Part shown: piece by piece, positions 19,866 through 29,226 of the stretch
How positions within the stretch are numbered: position 1 is the first letter of the stretch
Layout of the letters: every line of letters begins with the position of its first letter
Notes under the pieces: generated by a model
What the model saw: only the letters and a program-made list of their open reading frames with translations
What the model was told of the DNA's origin: nothing
Database searches by the model: none
Program-made: the position numbers and the translations under genes
NCBI GenBank assembly: GCA_019058275.1
Contig: JAHLVW010000066.1
Coordinates: forward strand, 32,001-96,000
Direction: 5' to 3'
Source: Candidatus Heimdallarchaeota archaeon
GTDB lineage: Archaea > Asgardarchaeota > Heimdallarchaeia > JABLTI01
DNA: 64,000 nt

Positions 19866-20573
19866 GCTAGTATACACACATCTCGAGACAATATCATAAA
19901 TTGTTTTTAACATGTTAAGATTTGTAACATCTTGATCAAAAGATATTACACCATTAGCAGAGACAGTAACAGTGAGCTGCAAATTAACCTCTCGTATAAT
20001 GAGCTTTATTTCTTGATTTCTTGGCTTATAGCTTTTCAAGTTATTTTGGAAAACATCGTGATTTCTAACAAAGATTTCCAAATTACCGGAAAGAGTTTCA
20101 TCAATACTGAGATCACTTACAGTCATAGAAATTGGTGAAACCTTGTGACGTGTTTTAGATATTCTTTGATAAAAATCCTCTAAATCTAAATCACATGGTA
20201 TAAATATTAGTTTAATTTTTTTGCTTAGAAAATCAGTTGCTTTTTTTATGTGAGTCTTTTTGCCTGTGAAATAACAGAGCAAAATACCTACCGGTGGTTC
20301 TAAGTCTACTGGAGGATCTATAATCTTGATACTGGTGTCATCGTAAACAATCATAGTTTCAGTTCTCATAGAAGGTAAATTTCTGTGTGGAAAAGCAAAT
20401 TTCTTCTCATACATGATATAATACTTGCCTTGAAAGAAGCTAGTTGCTAAAGGATCGAAAGCAATGAATTCAGTATCGATTGTTGGATTTCCGAAATCAA
20501 TACTCGCAAATTGCTCTTTAGTTAAATGCTCTTCTCCAACTAAATAACCCCAAAATAAGGCAATTGTATTCAA
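19857..20573 (-). CDS. Hypothetical protein
   Basis: 238-aa ORF, TTG start with GAGGT SD upstream. Confidence 0.6.
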   Translation of the reverse strand: MNTIALFWGYLVGEEHLTKEQFASIDFGNPTIDTEFIAFDPLATSFFQGKYYIMYEKKFAFPHRNLPSMRTETMIVYDDTSIKIIDPPVDLEPPVGILLCYFTGKKTHIKKATDFLSKKIKLIFIPCDLDLEDFYQRISKTRHKVSPISMTVSDLSIDETLSGNLEIFVRNHDVFQNNLKSYKPRNQEIKLIIREVNLQLTVTVSANGVISFDQDVTNLNMLKTIYDIVSRCVYTSSL

Positions 20574-20664
20574 TGATATAACCTCTTAAGATTATAAAAA
20601 TACTATATTAAAATTGATTAATAAGAATTTCACAAAAGAACTATTTTAAGGTTCATCTAACCCG

Positions 20665-21270
20665 TTACATCTCGAGATATTTTTGTGCAGGTGACTTCTC
20701 TTCCTCTTCAAACTGCTCGAGAAGCATTTTTCGTCTTAATCTCATTGCAATATAAAATCCTATAGAAAGCACAATAATAATAGCTATTGCTGAAATTAAG
20801 CCTATAACCCAAGGTTGAATATTGTTAGATTTATATGTGAAGGTAAAATCTACATCAACACCCAAATTATTTGGATTGAAGAAAACAAAGTAAATTGTTC
20901 CATTGTCACTGGTAGTAGTTCTAGCTCGCTCAGATTTCACTTCTAGGTATCCAAGGTTTTCATAGTAAACTGATCTTTCAGTTAAACTCATACCTTGCAT
21001 AAGCTGATAATTATGTTCTGTAACTTCTATACTTTGAATTGTTAATTCACTGATCCATTCAAAAATGATAACTTGATTAGCAATTAAATCTGTTTCCTTA
21101 ATGAAAGCCCAGCTTTCAAGAGGAATAAAATATGTTCTTGTAATTGGTGCAGGATCATCGTTGGCAAGAACAAACGAAGTCATATGAGCAAATACTGTAA
21201 AAGCAATTAGAAAGGTTGTTAACAGACGTATGTGTTTGGTATTCATAAGTATCAGCAATTTATCGAGCAT
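20665..21270 (-). CDS. Type I membrane protein, possible GOLD/p24-like beta domain
   Basis: Signal peptide, beta-rich domain ending DNGTIYFVFFNPN...VDFTFTY, C-terminal TM and short tail. Confidence 0.5.
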   Translation of the reverse strand: MLDKLLILMNTKHIRLLTTFLIAFTVFAHMTSFVLANDDPAPITRTYFIPLESWAFIKETDLIANQVIIFEWISELTIQSIEVTEHNYQLMQGMSLTERSVYYENLGYLEVKSERARTTTSDNGTIYFVFFNPNNLGVDVDFTFTYKSNNIQPWVIGLISAIAIIIVLSIGFYIAMRLRRKMLLEQFEEEEKSPAQKYLEM

Positions 21271-21484
21271 GTACTAACCCAAAAGAATTTCGGAAAATCT
21301 AGATTGATTGAATATAACCGTAAAAAATCATTTTTTGGTAGTTTTCTTTACTTAAACTATAAATCTTTTAGAAAGAGTTTTTAATTTCATTGTTAATATG
21401 AAGGATTGCTTAGTTTATGATTTTACATGAACTCATTGACTCATTGCAGTCGATTGACAAAAAAAGTAAGGTGGGACAAATATA

Positions 21485-21919
21485 ATGTCTAAAAAAGAAA
21501 AAGAGACTAAAACAAAGAAAGCAGAGAAAAAAGAAACAAAACCAAAAGCAACTAAAGCAAAGAAAGCAGAGAAGAAAGAAACAAAACGAAAGACAACTGC
21601 AAAACCAAAAACTGAAAAAGCTGCTGAACCAAAACCAAGAGACAAACCAGAAAACACAATCTTTGTTGGTAATAAACCAGCAATGACATATTGTCTAGCA
21701 GTTATAACTTGCTTCAACGAGAAGAAAGCTAAAGAAGTAAAAATCTGTGCAAGAGGACGTGCTATTAGTAGTGCTGTAGATGTTGCTGAATTGACACGTA
21801 ATAGGTTCTTACCTGATTTAAAAGTTAAGAAAATCACTACCAGTACAGAGCAAGTTGTTCGCAGAGAAGGTGGTGGCGTAGCTAACGTATCCGCAATAGA
21901 AATTATTCTATCTAAATAA
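21485..21919 (+). CDS. albA: Alba chromatin protein with Lys-rich N-terminal extension
   Basis: [34 protein letters not shown]. Confidence 0.93.
   Translation: MSKKEKETKTKKAEKKETKPKATKAKKAEKKETKRKTTAKPKTEKAAEPKPRDKPENTIFVGNKPAMTYCLAVITCFNEKKAKEVKICARGRAISSAVDVAELTRNRFLPDLKVKKITTSTEQVVRREGGGVANVSAIEIILSK
21513..21587 (+). repeat. 30-nt direct repeat encoding KKAEKKETK
   Basis: 21513-21542 vs 21558-21587, one mismatch. Confidence 0.85.
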
Positions 21920-22062
21920 TTTCTTTTCCTTTAATTTTTCAGTTTTTTCCTTTATTCTTTCTTTAAATCTTTTTAAATCATAGTAGCATTAATAAACTAA
22001 TAATTAGTCGATTAACTACTCAAATTTGAGAATTTATCTTTTATTTGTTGGTGTAAATAATT

Positions 22063-22596
22063 ATGAAAACTGCAATATGTGCATTTTGTGCTCAAACTGG
22101 GATGCTTTGTAAAGATTGCCAAACTAAATTAAATAGTGGAGAAATCTCAGATACTGACATTCAAATATCCAAAGTTGCTGTTGAATTTGAAAAATTACAT
22201 CCAAATGTATCAAATGTAGCCATATTGAATACTATTGAAAATTCTGAATTCATTATAATTTTAGTTGCTCCTGGAAACTTACGTTTTCTCGTAGGTGGTA
22301 CTTTAGATTTTCATAACCGTTTGGAAAGAGTGTTAAAGAAACCTGTAAAGATTTTAGAGAAAAGCAAAAACAAACGTAAAGCTATTGATGGTATTTTTTC
22401 ACCTGCATTAATTAGCGGTATTAATACAGTTTTCGTTCCAGCGCGTAATCCCAAACCTGGACAAATATCTGTGGAAGAAGAAACAATTGTTGTTTTATCT
22501 CCAGATGAAAAAATTAGGCTACCAGGTAAACTTGAAGATTTAATTGAACTAGTAAAATTGATTGCTGGTGTTGATATAAGAGTTGAATTTCGTTAA
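22063..22596 (+). CDS. Archaeal NusA-like KH protein with N-terminal Zn site
   Basis: ICAFCAQTGMLCKDC, KPVKILEK, SGINTVFVP. Confidence 0.7.
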   Translation: MKTAICAFCAQTGMLCKDCQTKLNSGEISDTDIQISKVAVEFEKLHPNVSNVAILNTIENSEFIIILVAPGNLRFLVGGTLDFHNRLERVLKKPVKILEKSKNKRKAIDGIFSPALISGINTVFVPARNPKPGQISVEEETIVVLSPDEKIRLPGKLEDLIELVKLIAGVDIRVEFR

Positions 22597-22629
22597 TTGA
22601 AATTTAATTCACTAATTTTTCTTCTGTTA

Positions 22630-23901
22630 TTAATAATTTAAAGGAGTAGTTTTCATTAATTCTCTCATTAAAACAGTTGCATAAGAACCTGGTTTCAACG
22701 AAAACCTGACATTGACATCAATATTACCGTTTGGATTTGCACTTATAGTAAAATCAAATTTCTTAGGTTCCATAGCTAATTTTCTATTTGATCCGCCAAA
22801 CTTCAGACTTGGTAAACATTTAACCTTAAAATTCTCAAGTGTTATTCCATCCTTCTCGAGAATATCTAATATAAAATTCGATAAATCATTATCACTCAAA
22901 TTAGACATGTAACCAACAATAGGTAAGACTACTTGTTTATTTTCTATTATATCAATAGGTTTCTGAGATAAATTTCCATATCGTTTCATTCTTTCAGAGA
23001 GTGCTAGATTCCATAAGTAAGATTGATATGAATGGATGAAAATTCTGAGAAGATTTTTGGGCAGCTTTTGTAATGCACCAATAAAATTATTTGGACTCTT
23101 TATCAAATGCTTGAGAATCATTCGTTCAAAAACCATCGATTTTGGTAAAAGGTTGAGCGTTTCTTCAGAATCATTTGTTTTAAGAAAAACTCTTTTAGCA
23201 AATGATGTCGTTTCTGCTTCACCAATTGACGTTTTACCAATATAATAATTTATAGCTTCCTCAATATTACCTAAAAGAAGTTGTTTACCAATTTCGTGAG
23301 ATGTTGGACTTCTGGAGCCAAATCTTTGATGACCAAAAAAATTTGGAATTCCTGAAAATTGCTTTACTTCTTGCATAATCTCTTTTATCTGATTTCTTAG
23401 TAACTCAACATCTCCAGAAATATCGCTAATTTTTATTGTGAAGAAATTCCCATTTAAATCTCCAAGATAGGTTTTGTATATAGTTGTTCTTGGTGATCGA
23501 ATTGTAATTCTGTTTAATTGAAGATTTGATAGCTCCTCAGGCGGAACACGCCAGATTGTTGCTCTTTGAGCAGTATGTGCTGACTTATCTTTTGTTCCTG
23601 CAACGTTTATGTCATTAATATCTCGGCCAAGTGCTGAAGCTATTCTATGCTGAGCACTATGACTTTCAACATCTTCTTTGATAAGAATGAATTCAGTAAA
23701 TAATCCAGCTTCATCTTCACCCAAAGTAAAATCTACATCATTGATTTTAATAACTCTATTATCCGGTAGGATTTCCTCTACCTGAAAATCTTTAGGGCTA
23801 AGTCGAAGCTTACCTTCTATTCCAGGAGAATGTGTGCTATAGAAACGCATTCCCATTAATTGTTCGATAGGATGACTATCCCTTAATTTTCTTTCTTCCA
23901 T
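22630..23901 (-). CDS. truD: tRNA pseudouridine(13) synthase TruD
   Basis: DFQVEE, AGTKDK, GDLNGNFF, PNFFGHQRFG, GSYAT. Confidence 0.93.
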   Translation of the reverse strand: MEERKLRDSHPIEQLMGMRFYSTHSPGIEGKLRLSPKDFQVEEILPDNRVIKINDVDFTLGEDEAGLFTEFILIKEDVESHSAQHRIASALGRDINDINVAGTKDKSAHTAQRATIWRVPPEELSNLQLNRITIRSPRTTIYKTYLGDLNGNFFTIKISDISGDVELLRNQIKEIMQEVKQFSGIPNFFGHQRFGSRSPTSHEIGKQLLLGNIEEAINYYIGKTSIGEAETTSFAKRVFLKTNDSEETLNLLPKSMVFERMILKHLIKSPNNFIGALQKLPKNLLRIFIHSYQSYLWNLALSERMKRYGNLSQKPIDIIENKQVVLPIVGYMSNLSDNDLSNFILDILEKDGITLENFKVKCLPSLKFGGSNRKLAMEPKKFDFTISANPNGNIDVNVRFSLKPGSYATVLMRELMKTTPLNY

Positions 23902-23923
23902 TGCAATCTCCTATATCGAAAAA

Positions 23924-24292
23924 TTATAGCAATTTCAGATTTGAAGTAATTTTATCTAACTTATTATTTGGAGCTGGTCCTATAGCAACTGCAGTTGCAG
24001 TTCCAGCTGGTAATTCAGTTAGTCCAGCATCATTTATGAAGGAACATGGCAAATTGCTTGATCTAGCTTTCTGATATAATAATTCAAGTTGTTCCTTAGA
24101 TAAAATTTGCACTACAACTTTTTTTTGTCCTTTGGAAAACCAACTCTTAACCCATTTCAATTTGGATCTTTTTGCTTCTTCTACAGCAATTACAGCTGCA
24201 TGTGAAGCTTGCACAGCCATTTTACCTTTTGTCATTTTAAGATCAGTGCGAATAGCAATTATCATTTTGTACTGGAAGTTATCAAAGATCAT
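23924..24292 (-). CDS. pth2: Peptidyl-tRNA hydrolase Pth2
   Basis: RTDLKMTKGKMAVQASHA, GQKKVVV, DAGLTE, AIGPA; start set at ATG 24292. Confidence 0.93.
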   Translation of the reverse strand: MIFDNFQYKMIIAIRTDLKMTKGKMAVQASHAAVIAVEEAKRSKLKWVKSWFSKGQKKVVVQILSKEQLELLYQKARSSNLPCSFINDAGLTELPAGTATAVAIGPAPNNKLDKITSNLKLL

Positions 24293-24479
24293 TTTCTTCT
24301 TCACTTTAAATTGGGAATAGATTTTATTTAGATTAATTGATTTAAACATATGACTAAGTGTGTATAAATGAATTGCCAAACTAGATTTTGGTGTTTAATA
24401 AGGAATTAGTTAAATAACTTACATTAGTGTAACTGTTAAGCAATAAATAAATACAAACTAGAAAATAGGAGAACTAACC

Positions 24480-25709
24480 TTGGATTCCGAGCTAACAATA
24501 ATTGGTGCAGGACCTGTTGGTTCATTAGCTGCTTATTCAGCTGCAAGTAATGGTTCTGATGTGACAGTTCTGGATCAAAGGAAAAGGATTGGTCACCCAG
24601 ATCATTGTGCTGGACTGATAAGTAAATCTGGGTTAGCTTTGCTTGGATTAAATGATCTGCCTAAAAAAGTGATACAAAATAATGATATTCAAGGAGCAAG
24701 ATTTTTCTCGCCTTCAGGTAAGTCATTTGTTGTTAAACGAAAATCAGCACAAGCTATTGTTGTTAATCGTGAACTTTTCGATCAATTTCTTGTAGAACGG
24801 TCCGAAAAAATTGGTGTGAATTACCTTAAAGGTAGGAAAGTAAGCAATATTTCCTTTGATAAGAAAAGAAAACATGTTAATATCAATTACTTTGAAGTTC
24901 AAAAGAAAAACAAAAAAGAAATCAAAACGCATTCGTCTTTTGTAAGCATAATTGCTAATGGTGCTAGAAGCTCTCTTGTTGAAAAAACTAATTGTAAAGC
25001 AGTACCTCAAACCCGCTATCTCTCTGGATATCAGTTACTAGTTGAGAATGTTTCCGATTTGAATGTTAATTTTGTGGAACTCTTTACAAGTAATAAATTT
25101 GCTCCGGGATTCTTCGCATGGGTTATACCTATTAACGAAACAACAGCAAAAGTTGGTTTAGTATCAAGCAAGAAATTATCAGTTGAAAAATTGAGCTATT
25201 TTATGAACAAGTACCCACCAGTAAAAGATAGATTTACAAAAAGTACTCCTTTAGAGAAATATGGTGGTAAAGTAATTATTCGAGGTTTGCTAAAGAAGAC
25301 TTCAACTGATGGTTTATTAATTACCGGAGATGCAGCTGGCCAAACAAAAGACACAACTGGAGGGGGAGTAATTACTGGAGGATTAGCAGCTATAATAGCC
25401 GGACAAGTAGCTGCTGAAGCAATTAAGGAGAGTAAAAATAACAAACAATTTATGAAAACTTATGATAAACAATGGAAAAAGGCTCTTTTAAAACAATTCA
25501 GAACAATGGCTGTTTTTAGATGGCTAGTTAATAGGTTAACTGATAAGGCTTTGGAGAAAGCTTTTGAAACTGTTATAACGAATGATTTAGATCAACTTAT
25601 CAATCAGAAAGGAGACATCGATAGTCAAGCAGAGATTCTTTTAGCCTTGTTAAAGCATCCCGAAGTTTTTAAACTTATTTTTAGAGTCTTACCTAATTTG
25701 CAATTCTAA
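24480..25709 (+). CDS. Geranylgeranyl reductase family flavoprotein
   Basis: IIGAGPVG, CAGLIS, APGFFAWVIP, GDAAGQTK..TGGG. Confidence 0.88.
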   Translation: MDSELTIIGAGPVGSLAAYSAASNGSDVTVLDQRKRIGHPDHCAGLISKSGLALLGLNDLPKKVIQNNDIQGARFFSPSGKSFVVKRKSAQAIVVNRELFDQFLVERSEKIGVNYLKGRKVSNISFDKKRKHVNINYFEVQKKNKKEIKTHSSFVSIIANGARSSLVEKTNCKAVPQTRYLSGYQLLVENVSDLNVNFVELFTSNKFAPGFFAWVIPINETTAKVGLVSSKKLSVEKLSYFMNKYPPVKDRFTKSTPLEKYGGKVIIRGLLKKTSTDGLLITGDAAGQTKDTTGGGVITGGLAAIIAGQVAAEAIKESKNNKQFMKTYDKQWKKALLKQFRTMAVFRWLVNRLTDKALEKAFETVITNDLDQLINQKGDIDSQAEILLALLKHPEVFKLIFRVLPNLQF

Positions 25710-25722
25710 AAATTTCAAAAAT

Positions 25723-25768
25723 AAAAAAAACCTCTTTTGCTACTCTTCAGCATTAGAGGATTTTTTTG
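25723..25768. terminator. Hairpin flanked by A and T runs between convergent genes
   Basis: A8-cctct...agagg-a-T7. Confidence 0.45.
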
Positions 25769-25780
25769 ATAATTTCTAAA

Positions 25781-26800
25781 TTACTCTTTCCAAATTTTAC
25801 CTGTATAACATGGTGTTGGTAAATCTTTCATTGTGAGTAAACCAGGCTGAGCATTAACAGTTTTAGGAATTAGATTAACAATCATTGATGCAGTACCAAC
25901 ATCACCGTGTACACCACCAATTATCTTCTGCTGAATACCTGGTACGCCTTCAATAGTGATACTATCATACTCGTCATGATCACCAGAATAAGCATAAAAG
26001 TCTAAGATGATAATTTCCCTATCACCCTTTTTAGCAACACCACGACTATGTAAACCTCGAACATAACCTTCTTCTACTCTTCCTAAGGGACTATCAAAAG
26101 CTTTCTCTGTTATCATAGCATTTGGTGGGAACTCAATGATTTCATCAACATCAAAACCAAGAGCTGAAACGATCATTTGAATAGATTCTTCTAAGCCAAC
26201 ATGGCCAGTTATTTCCTTATCACTGATCTTCTTATTGAATTCACTTATGGTTAAGTTAGTTCCTATTTTCTTCTGGAATGGAATTCTTCTTCTGCTCGAG
26301 TTCATCATTCGTGTAACATGTATTTTTTCAACAGTTTCACATGGAGCAGTCAAAGCAATAGGCAAGAGATCCATTAAATATCCTGGATTTATTCCTGAGC
26401 CAACAATTGTTACACCCTTCTCTTTTGCAGCTTCGTCAATTTTTGCCGAAAGTTCTGGGTGAAAATCCCAAGGATATGATAGCTGTTCACAAAGTGTAAG
26501 TACATTTGCACCTGCTTCAATAATCTGCATTATCATTGGAGCTATTGTTTCAAAAAATGATGAAGTAGCAATTATCACAAGATCAATTTTTTTAGTTAAA
26601 AGTGGTTCTAATTCTTTCACGATAGGAAGCTTTGGGGTTTTAGGAATATCAATTATTTCATCAAGTGTCTTGCCTTCAAAGGCTGGATCAATATCAACGA
26701 TACCTGCGAATTTGATGTTTTTTCTTTTAACTAAGAGTTTAGCTACCAATTGCCCCATTGGTCCTAAACCAACTTGTATAATATTAAACTTTTTACCCAT
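25781..26800 (-). CDS. 2,4-diaminopentanoate dehydrogenase / DapB-like NAD(P) oxidoreductase
   Basis: GLGPMG, CEQLSYPW, GSGINPGYLMD, GHVGL, GGVHGD. Confidence 0.75.
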   Translation of the reverse strand: MGKKFNIIQVGLGPMGQLVAKLLVKRKNIKFAGIVDIDPAFEGKTLDEIIDIPKTPKLPIVKELEPLLTKKIDLVIIATSSFFETIAPMIMQIIEAGANVLTLCEQLSYPWDFHPELSAKIDEAAKEKGVTIVGSGINPGYLMDLLPIALTAPCETVEKIHVTRMMNSSRRRIPFQKKIGTNLTISEFNKKISDKEITGHVGLEESIQMIVSALGFDVDEIIEFPPNAMITEKAFDSPLGRVEEGYVRGLHSRGVAKKGDREIIILDFYAYSGDHDEYDSITIEGVPGIQQKIIGGVHGDVGTASMIVNLIPKTVNAQPGLLTMKDLPTPCYTGKIWKE

Positions 26801-26904
26801 TTTTATTCCTCACTGATATTAACTTTAAACAGAAGTATTATTTAACATTAAAATTTTTTTTGATGAACACTAAAAACTATATTTTTAGAGAAAAGAGAAA
26901 AATA

Positions 26905-26978
26905 ATGGCTCAGTTACCCCAGTTTAGCTCAGAGTCTTACACAAAGACTAGCCAGACCGTACGTCACATCATTGCCAT
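26905..26978 (-). ncRNA. Box C/D sRNA candidate
   Basis: Minus strand ATGGC-A-ATGATGT (C box)...CTGA (D box)-GCCAT terminal stem; internal hairpin AGTCTT/AAGACT; T-rich tract downstream; GC-rich island in an AT-rich intergenic region. Confidence 0.7.
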
Positions 26979-27096
26979 GCTAGATAAATCATTAAAATCA
27001 ATTAAATTTATTGATAAATTTCAAGGATTAATCTTGATTTACTTCTTGGGATTTTTACACTAAAGTTATTAAACCAGTTAAAGGAATCCCATTGTA

Positions 27097-27789
27097 ATGA
27101 AGAAAACAAAGATGCCTAAAACCAATAATGTTTCTCCTTCTATCTCAGAAGTTTATGATATAATTGCAGAGAGTTTTGATTCTAAAAGAAAGCATCCTTG
27201 GGAAGAAGTTACAACTTTCATTTCAAAAATTGCTCCTGGTAAATTTGTACTGGATTTAGGTTCAGGTAATGGCAGACATTCAAGAATTCTTATTGAGAAT
27301 GATATAGAAGCAATTGGTTATGATATCTCTCTTAATATTTTAAAAACTGCTAGGGAAAACGAGTTACAAAAAGTGAAAGAAAGAATTTTTGGATTGATTA
27401 ATGGAGATGCAAGATATCTTGCATTTAGATCTTCATCACTTGATGGATTCATTATGATTGCAGTTATTCATCATTTTGAATCAGATGAACAAAGAAAATT
27501 AGTTTTAAATGAGATTAAGAGAGTGCTTAGAAGAAATGGTGTTGGCTTAATCAGTTGTTGGCAAAGAACACACCCACGATTTAAGAAAAGCGATTTGGTT
27601 GAACAAATAGCTAAAGGCGAGAAAGATGTTTATGTTCCATGGGTGATGCCCAACGGAGAAAAAATTGAGAGATATTATTATCTTTTTGACCCTGAAGAAT
27701 TAATGGAAATAGTGGAAGAAGCAGGATTAAGCATAATCAAAAGTGAAATCTCTCATCATAATTTATTCTTAACAGTCAAAAAAGAATAA
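27097..27789 (+). CDS. SAM-dependent methyltransferase, Trm9/ALKBH8-MT-like
   Basis: YDIIAESFDSKR..PW, LDLGSGNGR, IAVIHH, DVYVPW, RYYYLF. Confidence 0.75.
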   Translation: MKKTKMPKTNNVSPSISEVYDIIAESFDSKRKHPWEEVTTFISKIAPGKFVLDLGSGNGRHSRILIENDIEAIGYDISLNILKTARENELQKVKERIFGLINGDARYLAFRSSSLDGFIMIAVIHHFESDEQRKLVLNEIKRVLRRNGVGLISCWQRTHPRFKKSDLVEQIAKGEKDVYVPWVMPNGEKIERYYYLFDPEELMEIVEEAGLSIIKSEISHHNLFLTVKKE

Positions 27790-27915
27790 TCTACTCTTTT
27801 TGTGTAAACTTGCAAAATACAATTAATTTAATAATGATTTATTCTAAATATAAAGTATAGAATTGTAAAATCATCAAAAAATTATCAAAACCAAATATTT
27901 GGCGGGTTCATCGTT

Positions 27916-29061
27916 ATGATTAATAAAATAAAAAGCATTTATGCTCGAAGAAAAGCAATCAGTCCAGTAATTGCAACAATACTATTAATTGCACTGACCG
28001 TTGCTGCTGTAGCTTTAGTTTATTTTGTATTAATACCTATGTTTAAAACATACAAATTGGATGCAGAAATAACCTATGTTAGTGATACTAATAAGGATTC
28101 TATGTATGATGAAATAACTCTACAAATGGTTAATTCAGGAACACAAGTTGTTGATATTTATAACTTAACAATTTGGATCTGTACTCAGAATGATTTGTCC
28201 ACCCCTAATAATTGGCTTGCTTTAATGGAATGGAATTTCAGTAATCCGAATGATATTACAATTGCTCCCTCTGATGTAGCTACTGATGTCAAAATCAGTG
28301 GTGAAGAACAAATAATTTTAACTGTTGTTGAAGATACTTACGCTCGAATAGAGATAATGTACTATGGTGGAGCTAATCCCCTCTTCATTGATTGGTTTAG
28401 ATTAAATGATTATTTTGATGAAGCTGATCTTTTAATAGATTTCTCAGCTTTTGAATTAACTGCAACAGCATTTGAAGGAACTATTGATGACCCAAGTAGA
28501 ACTGCCAATAATTATAAAACAGAAGGTGGAGATTACACATTGTTAGAAGATAACTACAACATCTTACCAGTCCTTAATGAAACTGATGTTTTATTTTGGG
28601 TTGGAGATAGTATTTTGGTTATGAATGGACAAGCTCCTCAAGGTAACTTATCGGATATACCATTAGTACAATCGATGAATGTTTCTACTTTCTTCCGATC
28701 GAGGAAATTCTACATTTTAGGATTAGCTGGTTCATGGGGTGATGAATTTCCTAATAATGATTGGTCAGTAAAAATTACAATTACTTACACAGATGATTCA
28801 TTTGTTGAATGGGAACTAGGACATGAATACGTTGATGACTGGTGGTATGGTTCTAATCCTGGTAATGATTGTATATCAGCACCATATGGATATGTCACAG
28901 AAATTGATTTGGGAGACCAAATTGATAGGCCAAATTCCCACATACATACACATACAACAAGGTTCTACATTGATTTCTATAAATATGTAAAATCAATAAC
29001 ATTTACAGATCCTGGTGATGACTATTCATCTGCACATATCATAGCAATAACATTTAGGTAA
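27916..29061 (+). CDS. Archaeal type IV pilin-like protein (class III signal peptide) with large C-terminal domain
   Basis: RRKAISPVIATILLIALTVAAV. Confidence 0.8.
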   Translation: MINKIKSIYARRKAISPVIATILLIALTVAAVALVYFVLIPMFKTYKLDAEITYVSDTNKDSMYDEITLQMVNSGTQVVDIYNLTIWICTQNDLSTPNNWLALMEWNFSNPNDITIAPSDVATDVKISGEEQIILTVVEDTYARIEIMYYGGANPLFIDWFRLNDYFDEADLLIDFSAFELTATAFEGTIDDPSRTANNYKTEGGDYTLLEDNYNILPVLNETDVLFWVGDSILVMNGQAPQGNLSDIPLVQSMNVSTFFRSRKFYILGLAGSWGDEFPNNDWSVKITITYTDDSFVEWELGHEYVDDWWYGSNPGNDCISAPYGYVTEIDLGDQIDRPNSHIHTHTTRFYIDFYKYVKSITFTDPGDDYSSAHIIAITFR

Positions 29062-29226
29062 ATTATCTAGGATTGAATTAGAATACTAATTCAATTTTTT
29101 TTATTTTTTCAAGCTTATCACAACACGAAAGCATATAATAGAGATTAGTATATATTATAATGTCTGAATAATATTCGAAAATTTAAAAACTCTAATCTAT
29201 AATTATTAGCAAGGTGAAACCACCTC

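Noticed and set aside
21433-21837. Hydrophobic antisense ORF, representative of many short shadow ORFs (e.g. 12793-13131, 59516-59983, 61465-61833)
   Set aside because: These are mirrors of real genes on the opposite strand or frame.
26860-27063. 67-aa ORF
   Set aside because: No recognisable features; it overlaps the better-supported C/D sRNA on the opposite strand.
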